A program made the position numbers and the translations under genes. 32,000 nt of DNA from Geotalea uraniireducens Rf4 (GTDB taxonomy: Bacteria > Desulfobacterota > Desulfuromonadia > Geobacterales > Geobacteraceae), in NCBI RefSeq assembly GCF_000016745.1, contig NC_009483.1, forward strand, positions 4,860,001 through 4,892,000, given 5' to 3'. Positions 21,883 through 31,814 of this stretch are shown here, piece after piece. Position 1 is the stretch's first letter, and the number at the start of each line of letters is the position of its first letter. A model generated the notes under the pieces. It ran no database searches, was not told the DNA's origin, and saw only the letters and a program-made list of their open reading frames with translations.

Positions 21883-23586
21883 ATGTTCTTCAGAAAATAC
21901 CTTTCCTCATTACGGAGCACCTATTTTTTCATGCTCTGTTTCGGCCTTTTGATGGGTGGATTGTTCCCCTTTTATTCCTACATTTTTTTCGGCAGCAAGG
22001 CATTTACCTTCCTTTACGTCATCGGCTGCCTCACCGCCGGGGTGCTGGTAGGCACATTCTGCCATTACATCATCAAACAGGTGATGAAGATCTATCTGGA
22101 ACGCCAATGGCTGGTGCTGAGCCGTATTGCAGGCGAAGAAGAGACGCGGGCCCTTGCCAAGGGTGAAGACGAACTCAAGCTTCTTCTTGAATGCTACGAC
22201 CTCCTGATGGGGAAGGTCCTGGCAATGGTCGGCAACGTTACCGCCCTTATCCGGGATATAGGCGCGTTCCATCGGCAGATCGGGGAACAGTCGAAAGAGA
22301 TCGTCCAGGGGAGCGAAAAGCAGTCCGACAAGGAAAAGGAGACGTTGCAGGCCGTCCAGGAGATGAACGGTTTCTTCAACGATCTTTTGAAGGAGATTGA
22401 GGATATTTCGCACAGGACCGATGAACGGGCGTCCATAACTGCGGAAATGAGCGCCACCACCGACACCATCGCTGAAAATATAAAGGACTATTCCTCATCA
22501 GTGCTTGAAACGTCTGCATCCATAGAAGAAATGGCCCTCAGCATCAAGGAGACCACCAGCAACATCGAGGCGTTGGCGGTTTCCACGGAACAGACGTCCG
22601 GTTCAATCAATCAGATAAATACCGTCACGACGGATATGCGCGACAATGCCCAAAAGACCAGTGAATGCTCCGAAAATGTGCGGAAGAAGGCCCAGGAAGG
22701 GATGCGTTCAATGACGGCCACGCTCAAGTCCATGCAGGAAATCGAAAAGAGCAACGCCGAGTCCTTTGCCGCCATAAACCGGCTGGCCGTCCATTCAGCC
22801 CGGGTCGGAGAGTTTCTGAACGTAATCAAGGATGTGGTTGAACAGACGAACCTCCTCTCCCTGAACGCCTCCATAATCGCAGCCCAGGCTGGGGAGCGAG
22901 GCAAGGCATTTACCGTTGTTGCCGAAGAGGTGCGCTCCCTCGCCCACAGGACAGCCTTATCCGCCAAGGAGATCGAAGATCTGGTCAAGAACATACAGAA
23001 AGAAACGGCGGACGTGCAGCGAACGGTTGCACAAGGGAAAGACCGGATCAAGGAAGGGGTAAAAATTTCGGCATTGGCCAGCAATGCGCTGGAGAAGATC
23101 GAGGAAAGCGCTGCGGAGGCATCGCAAATGGTGCAAAAAATCGCTGCCGCAACGGTTGAGCAGGCGTCCTCAAGCAGGCTCATCACCGATGAGGCGGAAA
23201 AGAATTTCCACCGGGTAAAGCAGGTCACCAAGGCCATTCAGGAGCAGGAGCGAGGAATAAGCCATATTGTAAAGGCCTTGGAACATATGCGTTCCCTTTC
23301 CCAGCTTATTACCAACTCGACTCAGGAACAGGCGCGCGGCAACCGTCTCTACCTGAAGAGCATAATGGAGGATAATGACAAGGTGAAGGAACTGAAGGAT
23401 ACGGCCATTCAGCAGATAATGATGGGAGACGTTCTCGTGAACTACGTCAGGGAAGCGGGATCTCTCATTGAAGCAAACGCCGGAGAAGCCAGGCAGATGA
23501 TGGATCAGATCGACAAGATCACCACAATGACCGAAGATCTATGCAAGGAACTGGCGCCGTTCACTTCCCGGCCAGCAATACAGTGA
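21883..23586 (+). CDS. Methyl-accepting chemotaxis protein with two closely spaced TM helices and no periplasmic sensor domain
   Basis: Signalling hairpin EQTNLLSLNASIIAAQAGERGKAFTVVAEEVRSLAHRTA. The N-terminal TM pair (FFMLCFGLLMGGLFPFYSYIFF / FLYVIGCLTAGVLVGTFCHYII) is separated by only about 6 residues. Confidence 0.9.
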   Translation: MFFRKYLSSLRSTYFFMLCFGLLMGGLFPFYSYIFFGSKAFTFLYVIGCLTAGVLVGTFCHYIIKQVMKIYLERQWLVLSRIAGEEETRALAKGEDELKLLLECYDLLMGKVLAMVGNVTALIRDIGAFHRQIGEQSKEIVQGSEKQSDKEKETLQAVQEMNGFFNDLLKEIEDISHRTDERASITAEMSATTDTIAENIKDYSSSVLETSASIEEMALSIKETTSNIEALAVSTEQTSGSINQINTVTTDMRDNAQKTSECSENVRKKAQEGMRSMTATLKSMQEIEKSNAESFAAINRLAVHSARVGEFLNVIKDVVEQTNLLSLNASIIAAQAGERGKAFTVVAEEVRSLAHRTALSAKEIEDLVKNIQKETADVQRTVAQGKDRIKEGVKISALASNALEKIEESAAEASQMVQKIAAATVEQASSSRLITDEAEKNFHRVKQVTKAIQEQERGISHIVKALEHMRSLSQLITNSTQEQARGNRLYLKSIMEDNDKVKELKDTAIQQIMMGDVLVNYVREAGSLIEANAGEARQMMDQIDKITTMTEDLCKELAPFTSRPAIQ

Positions 23587-23902
23587 CCAGTTCGGCCATC
23601 ATCTCATTCTTCAACGAATAGCAGACCCTTACCCCATCCCGTTTGGCATCCAGTATGCCGTTTTTCTTCATTACCTTCAGATGTTGCGAAACTATAGCCT
23701 GCGGCAACCGGAGACACTCCCAGATCTCCTTTACGCAGGCACATTTCCCGGCGAGTCCGGCCACGATCTTCAGCCGCACCGGATGGCCGAGCGTCCTGAG
23801 CAGCAGCGCCTTTTCCTCCAGATCCATTTCCGGTCGCCCTATGCCGTTAGCCGTCATCGAAAACTCACCGTGTAGTTTGAAATCCGCATGGTCGTTACTC
23901 AT
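23561..23902 (-). CDS. ArsR/SmtB-family transcriptional regulator with a CxC motif
   Basis: wHTH core LGHPVRLKIVAGLAGKCACVKEIWECLRLPQAIVSQHLKVMKKNGIL. ATGA overlap with the rhodanese gene. The 3' end overlaps the convergent MCP gene by 26 nt. Confidence 0.85.
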   Translation of the reverse strand: MSNDHADFKLHGEFSMTANGIGRPEMDLEEKALLLRTLGHPVRLKIVAGLAGKCACVKEIWECLRLPQAIVSQHLKVMKKNGILDAKRDGVRVCYSLKNEMMAELVTVLLAGK

Positions 23903-24276
23903 CGATCGATCGGCAAGTGGTTTCTATACCAGCCGACAATACCGTCGCTCACGTTGTAAACCTCGCCGTAACCCTTGCCTGCCAAAAAACCGGCCACGAG
24001 ATTGGAACGGGAACCGACAGCGCAGTAAACCACAATCGTCCTGTTTTTGGGAACTTCGCCCAGACGGCGCTCTATTTCGTTGAGAGGGATCAGCACCGCC
24101 CCTTTCAAATGCGCCTGCCGGTACTCGTCCGGTGTACGTACATCGAGCAGGAAGGCGTTTTTGTTCTTCGCCAGCAGTGCGCGCGCCTGCAAGGAACTTA
24201 TGTTCCTCTGCCCTGCGGCAATTGCCAATGATGCAGCGGTCAGAATGATTGCACTAATTAAACCCGTTTTCTTCAT
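23899..24276 (-). CDS. Secreted single-domain rhodanese (sulfurtransferase)
   Basis: Signal peptide MKKTGLISAIILTAASLAIAAG, the rhodanese fold motif LLDVRTPDEY, and the active-site loop VVYCAVGSRS. Confidence 0.85.
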   Translation of the reverse strand: MKKTGLISAIILTAASLAIAAGQRNISSLQARALLAKNKNAFLLDVRTPDEYRQAHLKGAVLIPLNEIERRLGEVPKNRTIVVYCAVGSRSNLVAGFLAGKGYGEVYNVSDGIVGWYRNHLPIDR

Positions 24277-24312
24277 GTGGCTTTCTCCCCTCGTAATACT
24301 TTTGCCACACCC

Positions 24313-25143
24313 TCATACTTCCAGTGTGTATCCCACCTGAGCCGGGTGATAATGTCCCGGGAACTCCTTCGCCAGCCTGGCCGACGCGGCAAAACCGGTG
24401 CAATGGCTGCCGCAGATTTTCTGAACACCGGAAACGCGCAGGGCCTTGATCGTTTCAGCCAGTTGCGCCTGCGAACAAAAACCGAGATGGCTTCCGCCGA
24501 TCACGGCATAGAGTTCGGTTATTCCCGTTTTTTCCCTTGCCAGTTCAATGGTGTTGATGATCCCGGCATGACAGCAGCCGAGGAGCAGCACCAGCCCCCT
24601 CGCTGTCCGCAGTATCAGTGATTGATCGTCGGGCAGGTGATCCGGTGAACAGCCCGCATCGTCACAAAAAAGGCCGGTGTCTCCCTGCTCGTAGGGTGTC
24701 GTTCTCGGCACTTCGCCGGTCAGAAAGATATCCGGCTCTATTTCGCGGAAAACCTCGCTGAGATTGAACGCAGCCCCCTGGCCACGCAGAAACTCCTCCC
24801 CATACGGGATGCCGATCGACTGGCTCTTCTCCCGGTCCCGTACCGCATAGCGACGGGCAAAAACACCCGGATGGGCATAAACCTCCTTGCCGCCGCAGCT
24901 CTGCAGCAAAGGCCACAAGCCGCCGGTATGGTCGTAATGGCCGTGGGAAAGAACGACTTTGCCGACTTTACGCAGGTCCCGGTTCATGCGCTGGGCGTTG
25001 TGCAGAAGCGTATTACCCTGACCTGTATCAAAGAGCACGGCGTCGCCTTCATGCTCCACCAGCGCGGCAAACCCATGCTCGCCGAGGGTTCCGGAGATCG
25101 GCCCTACGCTGTTATCGCAAAGGACGGTAATGCGGAATTTCAT
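24313..25143 (-). CDS. MBL-fold metallo-hydrolase (COG1237-like)
   Basis: HxHxDH motif ([10 protein letters not shown]) and an N-terminus [12 protein letters not shown] typical of this subfamily. I place the start at ATG 25143, an ATGA overlap with the upstream gene's stop. The ORF-track start at 25209 is unlikely. Confidence 0.8.
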   Translation of the reverse strand: MKFRITVLCDNSVGPISGTLGEHGFAALVEHEGDAVLFDTGQGNTLLHNAQRMNRDLRKVGKVVLSHGHYDHTGGLWPLLQSCGGKEVYAHPGVFARRYAVRDREKSQSIGIPYGEEFLRGQGAAFNLSEVFREIEPDIFLTGEVPRTTPYEQGDTGLFCDDAGCSPDHLPDDQSLILRTARGLVLLLGCCHAGIINTIELAREKTGITELYAVIGGSHLGFCSQAQLAETIKALRVSGVQKICGSHCTGFAASARLAKEFPGHYHPAQVGYTLEV

Positions 25144-25352
25144 TTGCAATCGCACCCTTTCGGAAACTTCGGCACACCCGCCTTCTCCAGAATGGTCATC
25201 ATCGGGCACCAGTTGGTGAAGCCCGACTGAAACAGGTTCAGCCCGACGAAAGCGGTAAACCAGAGCCAGTTGATGTTGTGGAAATGGGCCAGGGTAACCG
25301 ACAACAAAATAAAAAACCCGGCGATGATCCTCAGCATTCTGTCAATGTACAT
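25140..25352 (-). CDS. DUF2892 (YgaP C-terminal-like) small membrane protein
   Basis: 70 aa with two TM helices and the motif [16 protein letters not shown], characteristic of DUF2892. SD is AAGGAGA. Confidence 0.7.
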   Translation of the reverse strand: MYIDRMLRIIAGFFILLSVTLAHFHNINWLWFTAFVGLNLFQSGFTNWCPMMTILEKAGVPKFPKGCDCK

Positions 25353-25426
25353 CTTATTTCTCCTTTGTTTGTTGTTGACGACACCTCTTCCGGCGAAAAC
25401 GGCTGTTCACCCTATCAAGGCGGCTC

Positions 25427-25849
25427 CTAAGACAGCAACTCCGCCACCTTCCCCGCCACATTGCCGGTGAGGATTGCGCATCCCCCTTTGCCGTTTTGCG
25501 TGATGATCTTGCAGCAGGTGGCGCCGTACTGCTCCTTGAACCACTTGTGCAGTTCGCGGGTGAGGGCCATCACTCGCTTTTTGTCGTCTTGCAGGACGAG
25601 CCCAATGGCGATGGTTCCGCCGGCAACCGCACCGCAGAGGCAGCCGGAGCCTGACCCGCCGCCGAAACCGGCGGCCAGCCGGACCACCTCATCGGCGACC
25701 GTCGGTGCGAAATTGTTCTTTACTGCGGCCAGGACCGCCTCGGCACAGTGCATTTTGCCGGAACGATACAGACCTTCTGCCTCGGCAGCCACCTTTCCAA
25801 CCATCCCCTCGACCGCCACCTCATCTGTTTTCGACTTTGACCAGAACAT
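25427..25849 (-). CDS. C_GCAxxG_C_C family putative redox-active protein
   Basis: Family cysteines are present: MHCAEAV, GSGCLCGAVAGG (the GCAxxG-type motif) and ATCCKII. Start is ATG 25849 after GGAGG; the ORF track uses TTG 25906. Confidence 0.75.
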   Translation of the reverse strand: MFWSKSKTDEVAVEGMVGKVAAEAEGLYRSGKMHCAEAVLAAVKNNFAPTVADEVVRLAAGFGGGSGSGCLCGAVAGGTIAIGLVLQDDKKRVMALTRELHKWFKEQYGATCCKIITQNGKGGCAILTGNVAGKVAELLS

Positions 25850-25913
25850 CAAACCTCCAGAAACTTGCGAATATTGTTTATTTTGCTTTGTATTTCTCCG
25901 GGACAACCCCGCG

Positions 25914-28900
25914 TCACCCCTCGTTACTCACCGTCTGTCTCCTCTCCTTCCACGACTGCACCATATAGTAGAGGATCGGTATGGTGATCCTGGAGAGGGT
26001 CGTCGATGCTATTTCTCCGCACATCATGGCCAGCGCCAGCCCCTGGAATATGGGATCGAAGACGATGACGAAACTCCCCACCACTACCGCTGCTGCGGTC
26101 AGGAGCATGGGACGGAAGCGGACCGCCCCCGCGTCGATGATCGCTTCGTCGAGAGGCATCCCCTCCCGCCTCCTCAGTTCGGCGAAATCGATGAGGATGA
26201 TGGAGTTCCTGACGATGATCCCTGCCAGGGCAATGAAGCCGATCATGCTGGTGGCGGTAAAGAACGCACCCATCAGCGCATGTCCCGGCAGGATGCCGAT
26301 CAGGGTGAGCGGAATGGGGGCCATGATCACGAGTGGTGTCGTGAAATCCCGGAACCAGGCCACCACGAGCACGTAAATGATGATCATGACAGCGCCGAAG
26401 GCGAGCCCCAGGTCGCGAAATACCTCGTAGGTGATGTGCCATTCGCCGTCCCACTTGAGCCCCGGCCGCTCCTCGCTCCAGGGCTGGCTGGCAGCCCGTT
26501 GCTCGATCTTGTAGCCGCCGGCAAGCGGTATCTTGTCGATCTCCTTCTGCATCTTGAGGATAGCGTAGACAGGCGCCTCCACCACCCCGGCCACGTCGCC
26601 GGTGACGTACACCACGCTCTTCAGGTTCTTCCGGTAGAGGGTTTTCTCTTCATCAGCCCGGCTCACCCGGACGAGCTGGGACAACGGCACATTCCCCCTG
26701 GGTCCCGGCACGTAGATGGATGAAAGCGAGCTTACGGAGCTTCGCTGGTCGATGGGGAGCCGCAGGTTGATGGCGACCGGCTCCTTCTCCTTCGGCAGAT
26801 GGAGCATACCCGCATCCATGCCCCCCAAGGCCATCTGCAAGGTTTTCACCACATCCTCGCCGGCAATTCCGGAAAGCGCCGCCTTTTCCTTATCCACTTC
26901 AAAGGTGTATTTCGCCTGGTTGTCCTCGACATACCAGTCCGTGTCGACCACGCCGGCGGTCTTTTTGAAGATCTCCTTCACCTGGGCCGCGATCTTAAGC
27001 CTCGTCTCCTGGTCAGGTCCGTAGATCTCCGCCACGAGCGTGGAAAGTACCGGTGGCCCCGGCGGGATCTCCGCCACCTTGATCCGCGCGGCATAACGGT
27101 CGGCAACTGATTTTAGCACCGGCCTGATCCTTTTGGCAATATCGTGCGACTGATCGCTCCGCTCCGTCTTGTTCACGAAATTCACCTGGATATCGGCCAC
27201 GTTGGGGCCTTTGCGCAAGTAGTAGTGGCGCACCAGCCCGTTGAAATTAAAGGGGGAACTCACCCCCACATAGGTCTGGAAATCTGTCACCTCCGGCACC
27301 TTGCGTAGCGCATCCCCCATTTCTGCGGTCATTCGGGCGGTTTCCTCCAGTGTCGTGCCATCCGGCGCATCGACGATCACCTGGAGCTCGTTCTTGTTGT
27401 CGAAGGGGAGCATCTTGACCGTCACCAGCTTGAAGTAGATGAGCGAGCAGGAGATGAGGAGCAGGGCGACTACCCCGGCGAGGAAACCGTAGCGGATCGG
27501 CTTCCTGTGCAGCAACGCCCCCATAATCTTGCGGTAAAAGGCCGTAAGCCGCGACTCTTCCGCCTCCCTTTCGGAGCCGAAGTGTGATTCACCCTTCATG
27601 AAACGGTATGCGAAATAGGGGGTGACGATAAAGGCGATCAGGAGCGAAAAAATCATGGCCAAGCTTGCACCGACCGGAATCGGCCGCATGTAGGGCCCCA
27701 TCAGACCGCCGACGAAACCCATCGGCAGGATCGAGGCTATGACGGCAAAGGTGGCCAGCACCGTCGGATTGCCGATCTCATCCACTGCCCTGATAGCGGC
27801 TTCCAGGGGGGCAAGCCTGGTAGTGGTAAAGTAGCGGTGAATATTTTCGACAACGACGATGGCATCGTCCACCAGGATGCCGATGGAGAAAATCAGGGCA
27901 AAGAGAGTGATGCGATTGAGGGTATAACCGATCTGATTAAAGATCAGCATGGTCAGAGCCAATGTCACGGGTATGGCGATTGCCGCCACCGCGCCGGCCC
28001 GCCACCCCATGAATACGGCAATCAGGATGGTTACCGAGATCGCCGCAAGGAACATGTGAAAGAGGAGCTCATTGTTTTTCTCCTTGGCCGTTTCTCCGTA
28101 ATTGCGGGTTACGGTAACCTGAACATCGGAAGGGATCAGCTTCCCCTTGAGAAACTCCGCGCGCTTCAACATGTCTTCGGCCACCCAAGTAGCGTTTGCC
28201 CCCTTGCGCTTGGCCACGGAAATGGTCACCGCTGGAAAGCTGGCCGCGTTATTGCCCTTTATCCCTTTTTTCGCTGCCGCAGGGCCCATGCCGAAGAAGA
28301 CGTAATCCTTCGCCTCCTCAGGGCCGTCCTGCACTATTGCCACTTCCTCCAGATAAACCGGCCGGCCGTCATGGACAGCGACCACGATCCGTTTTACCGC
28401 CTCTGCATCATCGAGAAACGTTCCCGTTTGCACCAGGTACTCCCTGTTGCTGCTGGCAAAAGCACCTGACGCGAGCGCGACATTTCCCTTTTGCAGGGCG
28501 CCCATGATCTGCAGCGGTGACAGGCTGTAGGCCGCCATCTTGCCCGCATCGAGCCGAACCTTTACCTGTCGGGTGAGACCACCCTTTATCTCGCTTTCTG
28601 CCACATCGTCGCTTTTCTTCAGCTCGTCACACAGTTCGCTAGCCACACGTCGCAAGGCGTAATGGTCGTAATGTTCCGACCAGAGGGTCAGGGTAAGAAT
28701 CGGCACATCATCTATCGACTTGGGGACCACGAGCGGCTCGCCGCTCCCGGGAGGAAGAATGCCGCGGTTGCTCATCACCTTGTTGTAGAGCTTGACCAGC
28801 GATTCTTCCATGTTCTGACCGACCAGGAAGCGCACGGTAACAATCCCCATGCCAGGTCGGCTGGCGGAATATATGTACTCAACCCCCTTGATCTCCCACA

Positions 28901-29129
28901 TCTTTTTCTCAAAGGGTTTGACGATCCGCTCCTCCACTTCCTTCGGGGTTGAACCCGGCAGCGGCAGATAGATGTCGATCATCGGCACGACTATTTGCGG
29001 TTCTTCCTCACGCGGCGTCACCAAAACTGCATAAACGCCGAGCAGGAGCGAGGCCGCGACAATCAATGGGGTAAGCTTCGAGTTGATGAAGGCTCGGGCG
29101 ATCCCACCGGCAAAACCCAACTTATTCAT
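25914..29129 (-). CDS. RND efflux transporter permease (HAE-type TM4 motif)
   Basis: 1071 aa with 12-TM RND architecture. TM4 reads [14 protein letters not shown], the hydrophobe/amphiphile type rather than the heavy-metal type DFGxxxDGAxxxxEN. Confidence 0.95.
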   Translation of the reverse strand: MNKLGFAGGIARAFINSKLTPLIVAASLLLGVYAVLVTPREEEPQIVVPMIDIYLPLPGSTPKEVEERIVKPFEKKMWEIKGVEYIYSASRPGMGIVTVRFLVGQNMEESLVKLYNKVMSNRGILPPGSGEPLVVPKSIDDVPILTLTLWSEHYDHYALRRVASELCDELKKSDDVAESEIKGGLTRQVKVRLDAGKMAAYSLSPLQIMGALQKGNVALASGAFASSNREYLVQTGTFLDDAEAVKRIVVAVHDGRPVYLEEVAIVQDGPEEAKDYVFFGMGPAAAKKGIKGNNAASFPAVTISVAKRKGANATWVAEDMLKRAEFLKGKLIPSDVQVTVTRNYGETAKEKNNELLFHMFLAAISVTILIAVFMGWRAGAVAAIAIPVTLALTMLIFNQIGYTLNRITLFALIFSIGILVDDAIVVVENIHRYFTTTRLAPLEAAIRAVDEIGNPTVLATFAVIASILPMGFVGGLMGPYMRPIPVGASLAMIFSLLIAFIVTPYFAYRFMKGESHFGSEREAEESRLTAFYRKIMGALLHRKPIRYGFLAGVVALLLISCSLIYFKLVTVKMLPFDNKNELQVIVDAPDGTTLEETARMTAEMGDALRKVPEVTDFQTYVGVSSPFNFNGLVRHYYLRKGPNVADIQVNFVNKTERSDQSHDIAKRIRPVLKSVADRYAARIKVAEIPPGPPVLSTLVAEIYGPDQETRLKIAAQVKEIFKKTAGVVDTDWYVEDNQAKYTFEVDKEKAALSGIAGEDVVKTLQMALGGMDAGMLHLPKEKEPVAINLRLPIDQRSSVSSLSSIYVPGPRGNVPLSQLVRVSRADEEKTLYRKNLKSVVYVTGDVAGVVEAPVYAILKMQKEIDKIPLAGGYKIEQRAASQPWSEERPGLKWDGEWHITYEVFRDLGLAFGAVMIIIYVLVVAWFRDFTTPLVIMAPIPLTLIGILPGHALMGAFFTATSMIGFIALAGIIVRNSIILIDFAELRRREGMPLDEAIIDAGAVRFRPMLLTAAAVVVGSFVIVFDPIFQGLALAMMCGEIASTTLSRITIPILYYMVQSWKERRQTVSNEG

Positions 29130-29226
29130 GTCAATCTCCGTGGAATTTCAACTCTTGATTCAACAAACAATAAATCATAAAGGAGCGGTTATCGTGCTCA
29201 ACGGGCAAGCAGCGCATCTGCCGATG

Positions 29227-30342
29227 CTATTCGGCCTTTGCGCCATCGACAGCCTTCTCCACTCCGGCGGTTACGACCAGTTCACCTGCTGACAGACCGG
29301 AGAGGATTTCCACCTTGTCAGCAACGCCTTTGCCGGTTTTTACCAAACGCATTCCCACTCTGTGCTCCTTGTCCACCACCCAGACAAGCGTAAGCGCACC
29401 CCTTTCGACGACGGCGCTTTTAGGTATCAGCACCCCTTTCCTTTTGCCGGTAGCGAACAGTGCCCGGCCGTAAACACCGGAACGTAAACCTTTCGCAGCA
29501 AGGTCAATCTTTGCGATAAAGGTCCTGCTCATCGGGTCAACGGTCGGAACCACCTCGACCACTCTCCCGCTTGTTTCTGCATCGCTCCCCTCTATTGCAA
29601 CACGGACCGCATCGCCTATTTTCACCCTTCCCAGCATTGTTTCAGGCACGGCGACATCCAGCCTGTAATTGCCCTCTTCTTCTACGGTTATCAGCGGCAT
29701 GCCGGGCAGTACGGTCATGCCGACGTCTACGGCCTTTGCAGTGACTATGCCGGCTATCGGCGCCGCGATCTTGGCATATCCGGCCACGGCATCTGCCGCT
29801 TTGGCATTTCCACGTGCCTGTGCCAGCCGCGCCTCTGCGCGGGCCAGCCCTTGTGCGGCCAGCTCCTTCTCCGTTTGCCTGCCGTCGAATTCCTGCCTGG
29901 TCACTGCCTGCTCGTCATAGAGCTTATGGAATCTGTCAAATGTTGTATCTGCAAGTTTTTTGCGCGCGAGAGCCTCATCAATACCACGCCTTGCTTCTTC
30001 CACAGCAGCGGATGCCGCTTCTGCCGCGGCCGAGCTTTCATTGGCTTCAAGTGTTATCAGATGCTTCCCTCTGGCAACCCGGTCCCCTTCCTTTGCCGAA
30101 ATGGTTCTAACGATGCCGGAGATGCGGGCGGCAATAAGTGCGGTATTTTTCGACTTGACAGTACCCACCGCTTCAAGGAGTTCGGGTATATCGCTCTCTG
30201 TGACTTTCTCCGTGGAAAGTCCCTTTACATGGGGCACGTCCTGTGGGATTGCCCCCTCCTTCATCTTTTCACTGCATCCGGGAAGGACGGAGAGTGTTGC
30301 GATAAACATCAGGCAGGCTACGACCGCCCCAATCCTTTTCAT
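29227..30342 (-). CDS. RND efflux periplasmic adaptor (membrane fusion protein), lipoprotein
   Basis: Lipobox LPGC, a coiled-coil hairpin (ARRGIDEALARKKLADTTFDRF...AQGLARAEARLAQARG) and beta-barrel segments. ATGA overlap with the upstream OMF gene. Confidence 0.9.
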   Translation of the reverse strand: MKRIGAVVACLMFIATLSVLPGCSEKMKEGAIPQDVPHVKGLSTEKVTESDIPELLEAVGTVKSKNTALIAARISGIVRTISAKEGDRVARGKHLITLEANESSAAAEAASAAVEEARRGIDEALARKKLADTTFDRFHKLYDEQAVTRQEFDGRQTEKELAAQGLARAEARLAQARGNAKAADAVAGYAKIAAPIAGIVTAKAVDVGMTVLPGMPLITVEEEGNYRLDVAVPETMLGRVKIGDAVRVAIEGSDAETSGRVVEVVPTVDPMSRTFIAKIDLAAKGLRSGVYGRALFATGKRKGVLIPKSAVVERGALTLVWVVDKEHRVGMRLVKTGKGVADKVEILSGLSAGELVVTAGVEKAVDGAKAE

Positions 30343-31679
30343 TTCATGACCTCCTGCAAAAATGTCCCTGCGGCCAGATATATATCTGCAGCAGAGAGTG
30401 CGAGCTGGTTTTCCGTATCGATTACATTTGCCCTCGCCCTGTTCAGGGCTGTCTGCGCATCCAGCAGCTCGGACATTGTTGCCAGAGAGTTCTGAAAACG
30501 CTTCTCCAACAGGCGTACGCTTTCATCAGCATCCACAGACGAGTTACGGGCTACTTCCAATTTTTTCAGAGCCTCCTGATAGCGGAGAAAGCTTTCCATG
30601 ACCTGCAAATCAACTTCCTGCCTATAATCATCTACATACTCTGCTGCAGCCTTTTCCAGCGCCACGTTTTTCTTTACTTCATTGCGTCTCCTCATCCCGT
30701 CAAACAATTCCCAACGAAGTGTTGCACCGACAAACCAGGAATCATTATCATTACCAAACGGGACGTCCCGATCATTGAGCTGATATGAAGCGTCTGCATA
30801 AATCGTCGGCAGATATGCGCTACGCGCCATTTTCACCCCCAATGCCGCTTTGTCCACATCCTTTTCCATCGTCTTCATGTCTATGCGATTTTGCAGTGCA
30901 AGTTTTTTGAGATCGTCAATACCCATTACCGGATGCATTACGTCAATGCCATCGCTTATATCGAGCAGCTCCCCGGCATTGCCGGCTGTGGCCCTTGTAA
31001 GCTTCATTTTAGCCAGAAGAAGGTTGTTATTTGCGGTTATATTCTGTTGTTCGACCTCAGAAACAAAGGTCCGGGCTCTCAATTCGTCAGATTTCAACCC
31101 CGCACCAGCTTCGCTTCTGACAACGGCTAGCCTCTGATGCTCCCTCGCATCGATCAATGCTTGTTCTGTTGCTTTCAGGTAAGCCCTGGCCCGACGTATT
31201 TCAAGATATGCTGAATATACTTTTGCGGCAACCTCCTGGCGACGGCCTTCCAACAAAAGGTCACGCTTTTTTTCCTCGTTTTTCACCATTTCAACACCCT
31301 GGCCAATGGAAAGATCAAACAGAGGTTGTTCGAGTATGAGCTTTGTGCTGAAATCGTTAGATGCCTTGGGATGATTGAGGTTTGAGATCTCAAAATCGCT
31401 TGCACCAAACCGTCCCTGATCAAGTTTCATCATGAATACCCTGGTCGGAGCGTTTGATGCAACCACACCTTCCTCCATGAGGATGCGCGGCAGATAGCGG
31501 CTCTTCTTAATCGATTCCTCGCTTGTGGCAGCCGTTCTTTCAAATCCGGCAGCTTTTATCAGATGATGTCTCTCCAGGGCTAGGCTTATTGCCTCCCGCA
31601 GAGTAACATTAGCGTTTCCGGCATAGGCGGAAACCGGTAATGCAAGAATCACAGCCATGCTAATTATTATTTTTCTCAC
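30339..31679 (-). CDS. TolC-family outer membrane efflux protein
   Basis: Two OEP-type helical repeats. The best start is GTG 31679 (SD GGAG, 7-nt spacing), which gives the signal peptide (M)RKIIISMAVILALPVSAYA. The ORF-track ATG at 31715 has no SD. Confidence 0.85.
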   Translation of the reverse strand: MRKIIISMAVILALPVSAYAGNANVTLREAISLALERHHLIKAAGFERTAATSEESIKKSRYLPRILMEEGVVASNAPTRVFMMKLDQGRFGASDFEISNLNHPKASNDFSTKLILEQPLFDLSIGQGVEMVKNEEKKRDLLLEGRRQEVAAKVYSAYLEIRRARAYLKATEQALIDAREHQRLAVVRSEAGAGLKSDELRARTFVSEVEQQNITANNNLLLAKMKLTRATAGNAGELLDISDGIDVMHPVMGIDDLKKLALQNRIDMKTMEKDVDKAALGVKMARSAYLPTIYADASYQLNDRDVPFGNDNDSWFVGATLRWELFDGMRRRNEVKKNVALEKAAAEYVDDYRQEVDLQVMESFLRYQEALKKLEVARNSSVDADESVRLLEKRFQNSLATMSELLDAQTALNRARANVIDTENQLALSAADIYLAAGTFLQEVMK

Positions 31680-31731
31680 TGATTCACTCCATTGATCGCT
31701 TTCAAACACAGCCATTTCTTATATATGGATT

Positions 31732-31760
31732 TTTATATATATTCTTCATCATATTGTCAA
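31732..31760 (-). promoter_or_regulatory. Putative sigma-70 promoter of the efflux operon
   Basis: The minus strand reads TTGACA-N17-TATAAA in an AT-rich leader region. The predicted start near 31725 leaves about a 45-nt leader to GTG 31679. Confidence 0.45.
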
Positions 31761-31797
31761 GCTAATTATAGCTCACTTGGCCACTAATTCATTTTCT

Positions 31798-31814
31798 TTA
31801 ATATTGAATATTAA
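31798..31814. promoter_or_regulatory. Perfect 17-bp palindrome TTAATATT-G-AATATTAA (candidate operator)
   Basis: Read directly. It is centred about 50 bp upstream of the putative -35 of the efflux operon. Its function is unknown. Confidence 0.35.

Noticed and set aside
24313-25209. Longer ORF-track versions of several genes: MBL from 25209, OMF from 31715, C_GCAxxG from TTG 25906, flgB from TTG 15898, fliI from TTG 11219, fliH from TTG 12015, fliJ from TTG 9805, fliK from GTG 8712, flgD from GTG 6879
   Set aside because: The extended starts lack SD sequences, or lie inside the SD of a downstream ATG. Some add non-conserved N-terminal tails or break otherwise neat ATGA coupling or signal peptides. 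I chose the downstream starts, but they remain unverified.
25461-26723. 420-aa plus-strand ORF, the longest unexplained ORF in the track
   Set aside because: It is antisense to the C_GCAxxG_C_C gene and the 3' part of the RND permease. Its extreme Pro/His/Asp/Arg bias shows no motif, and it spans an intergenic gap of the real genes.
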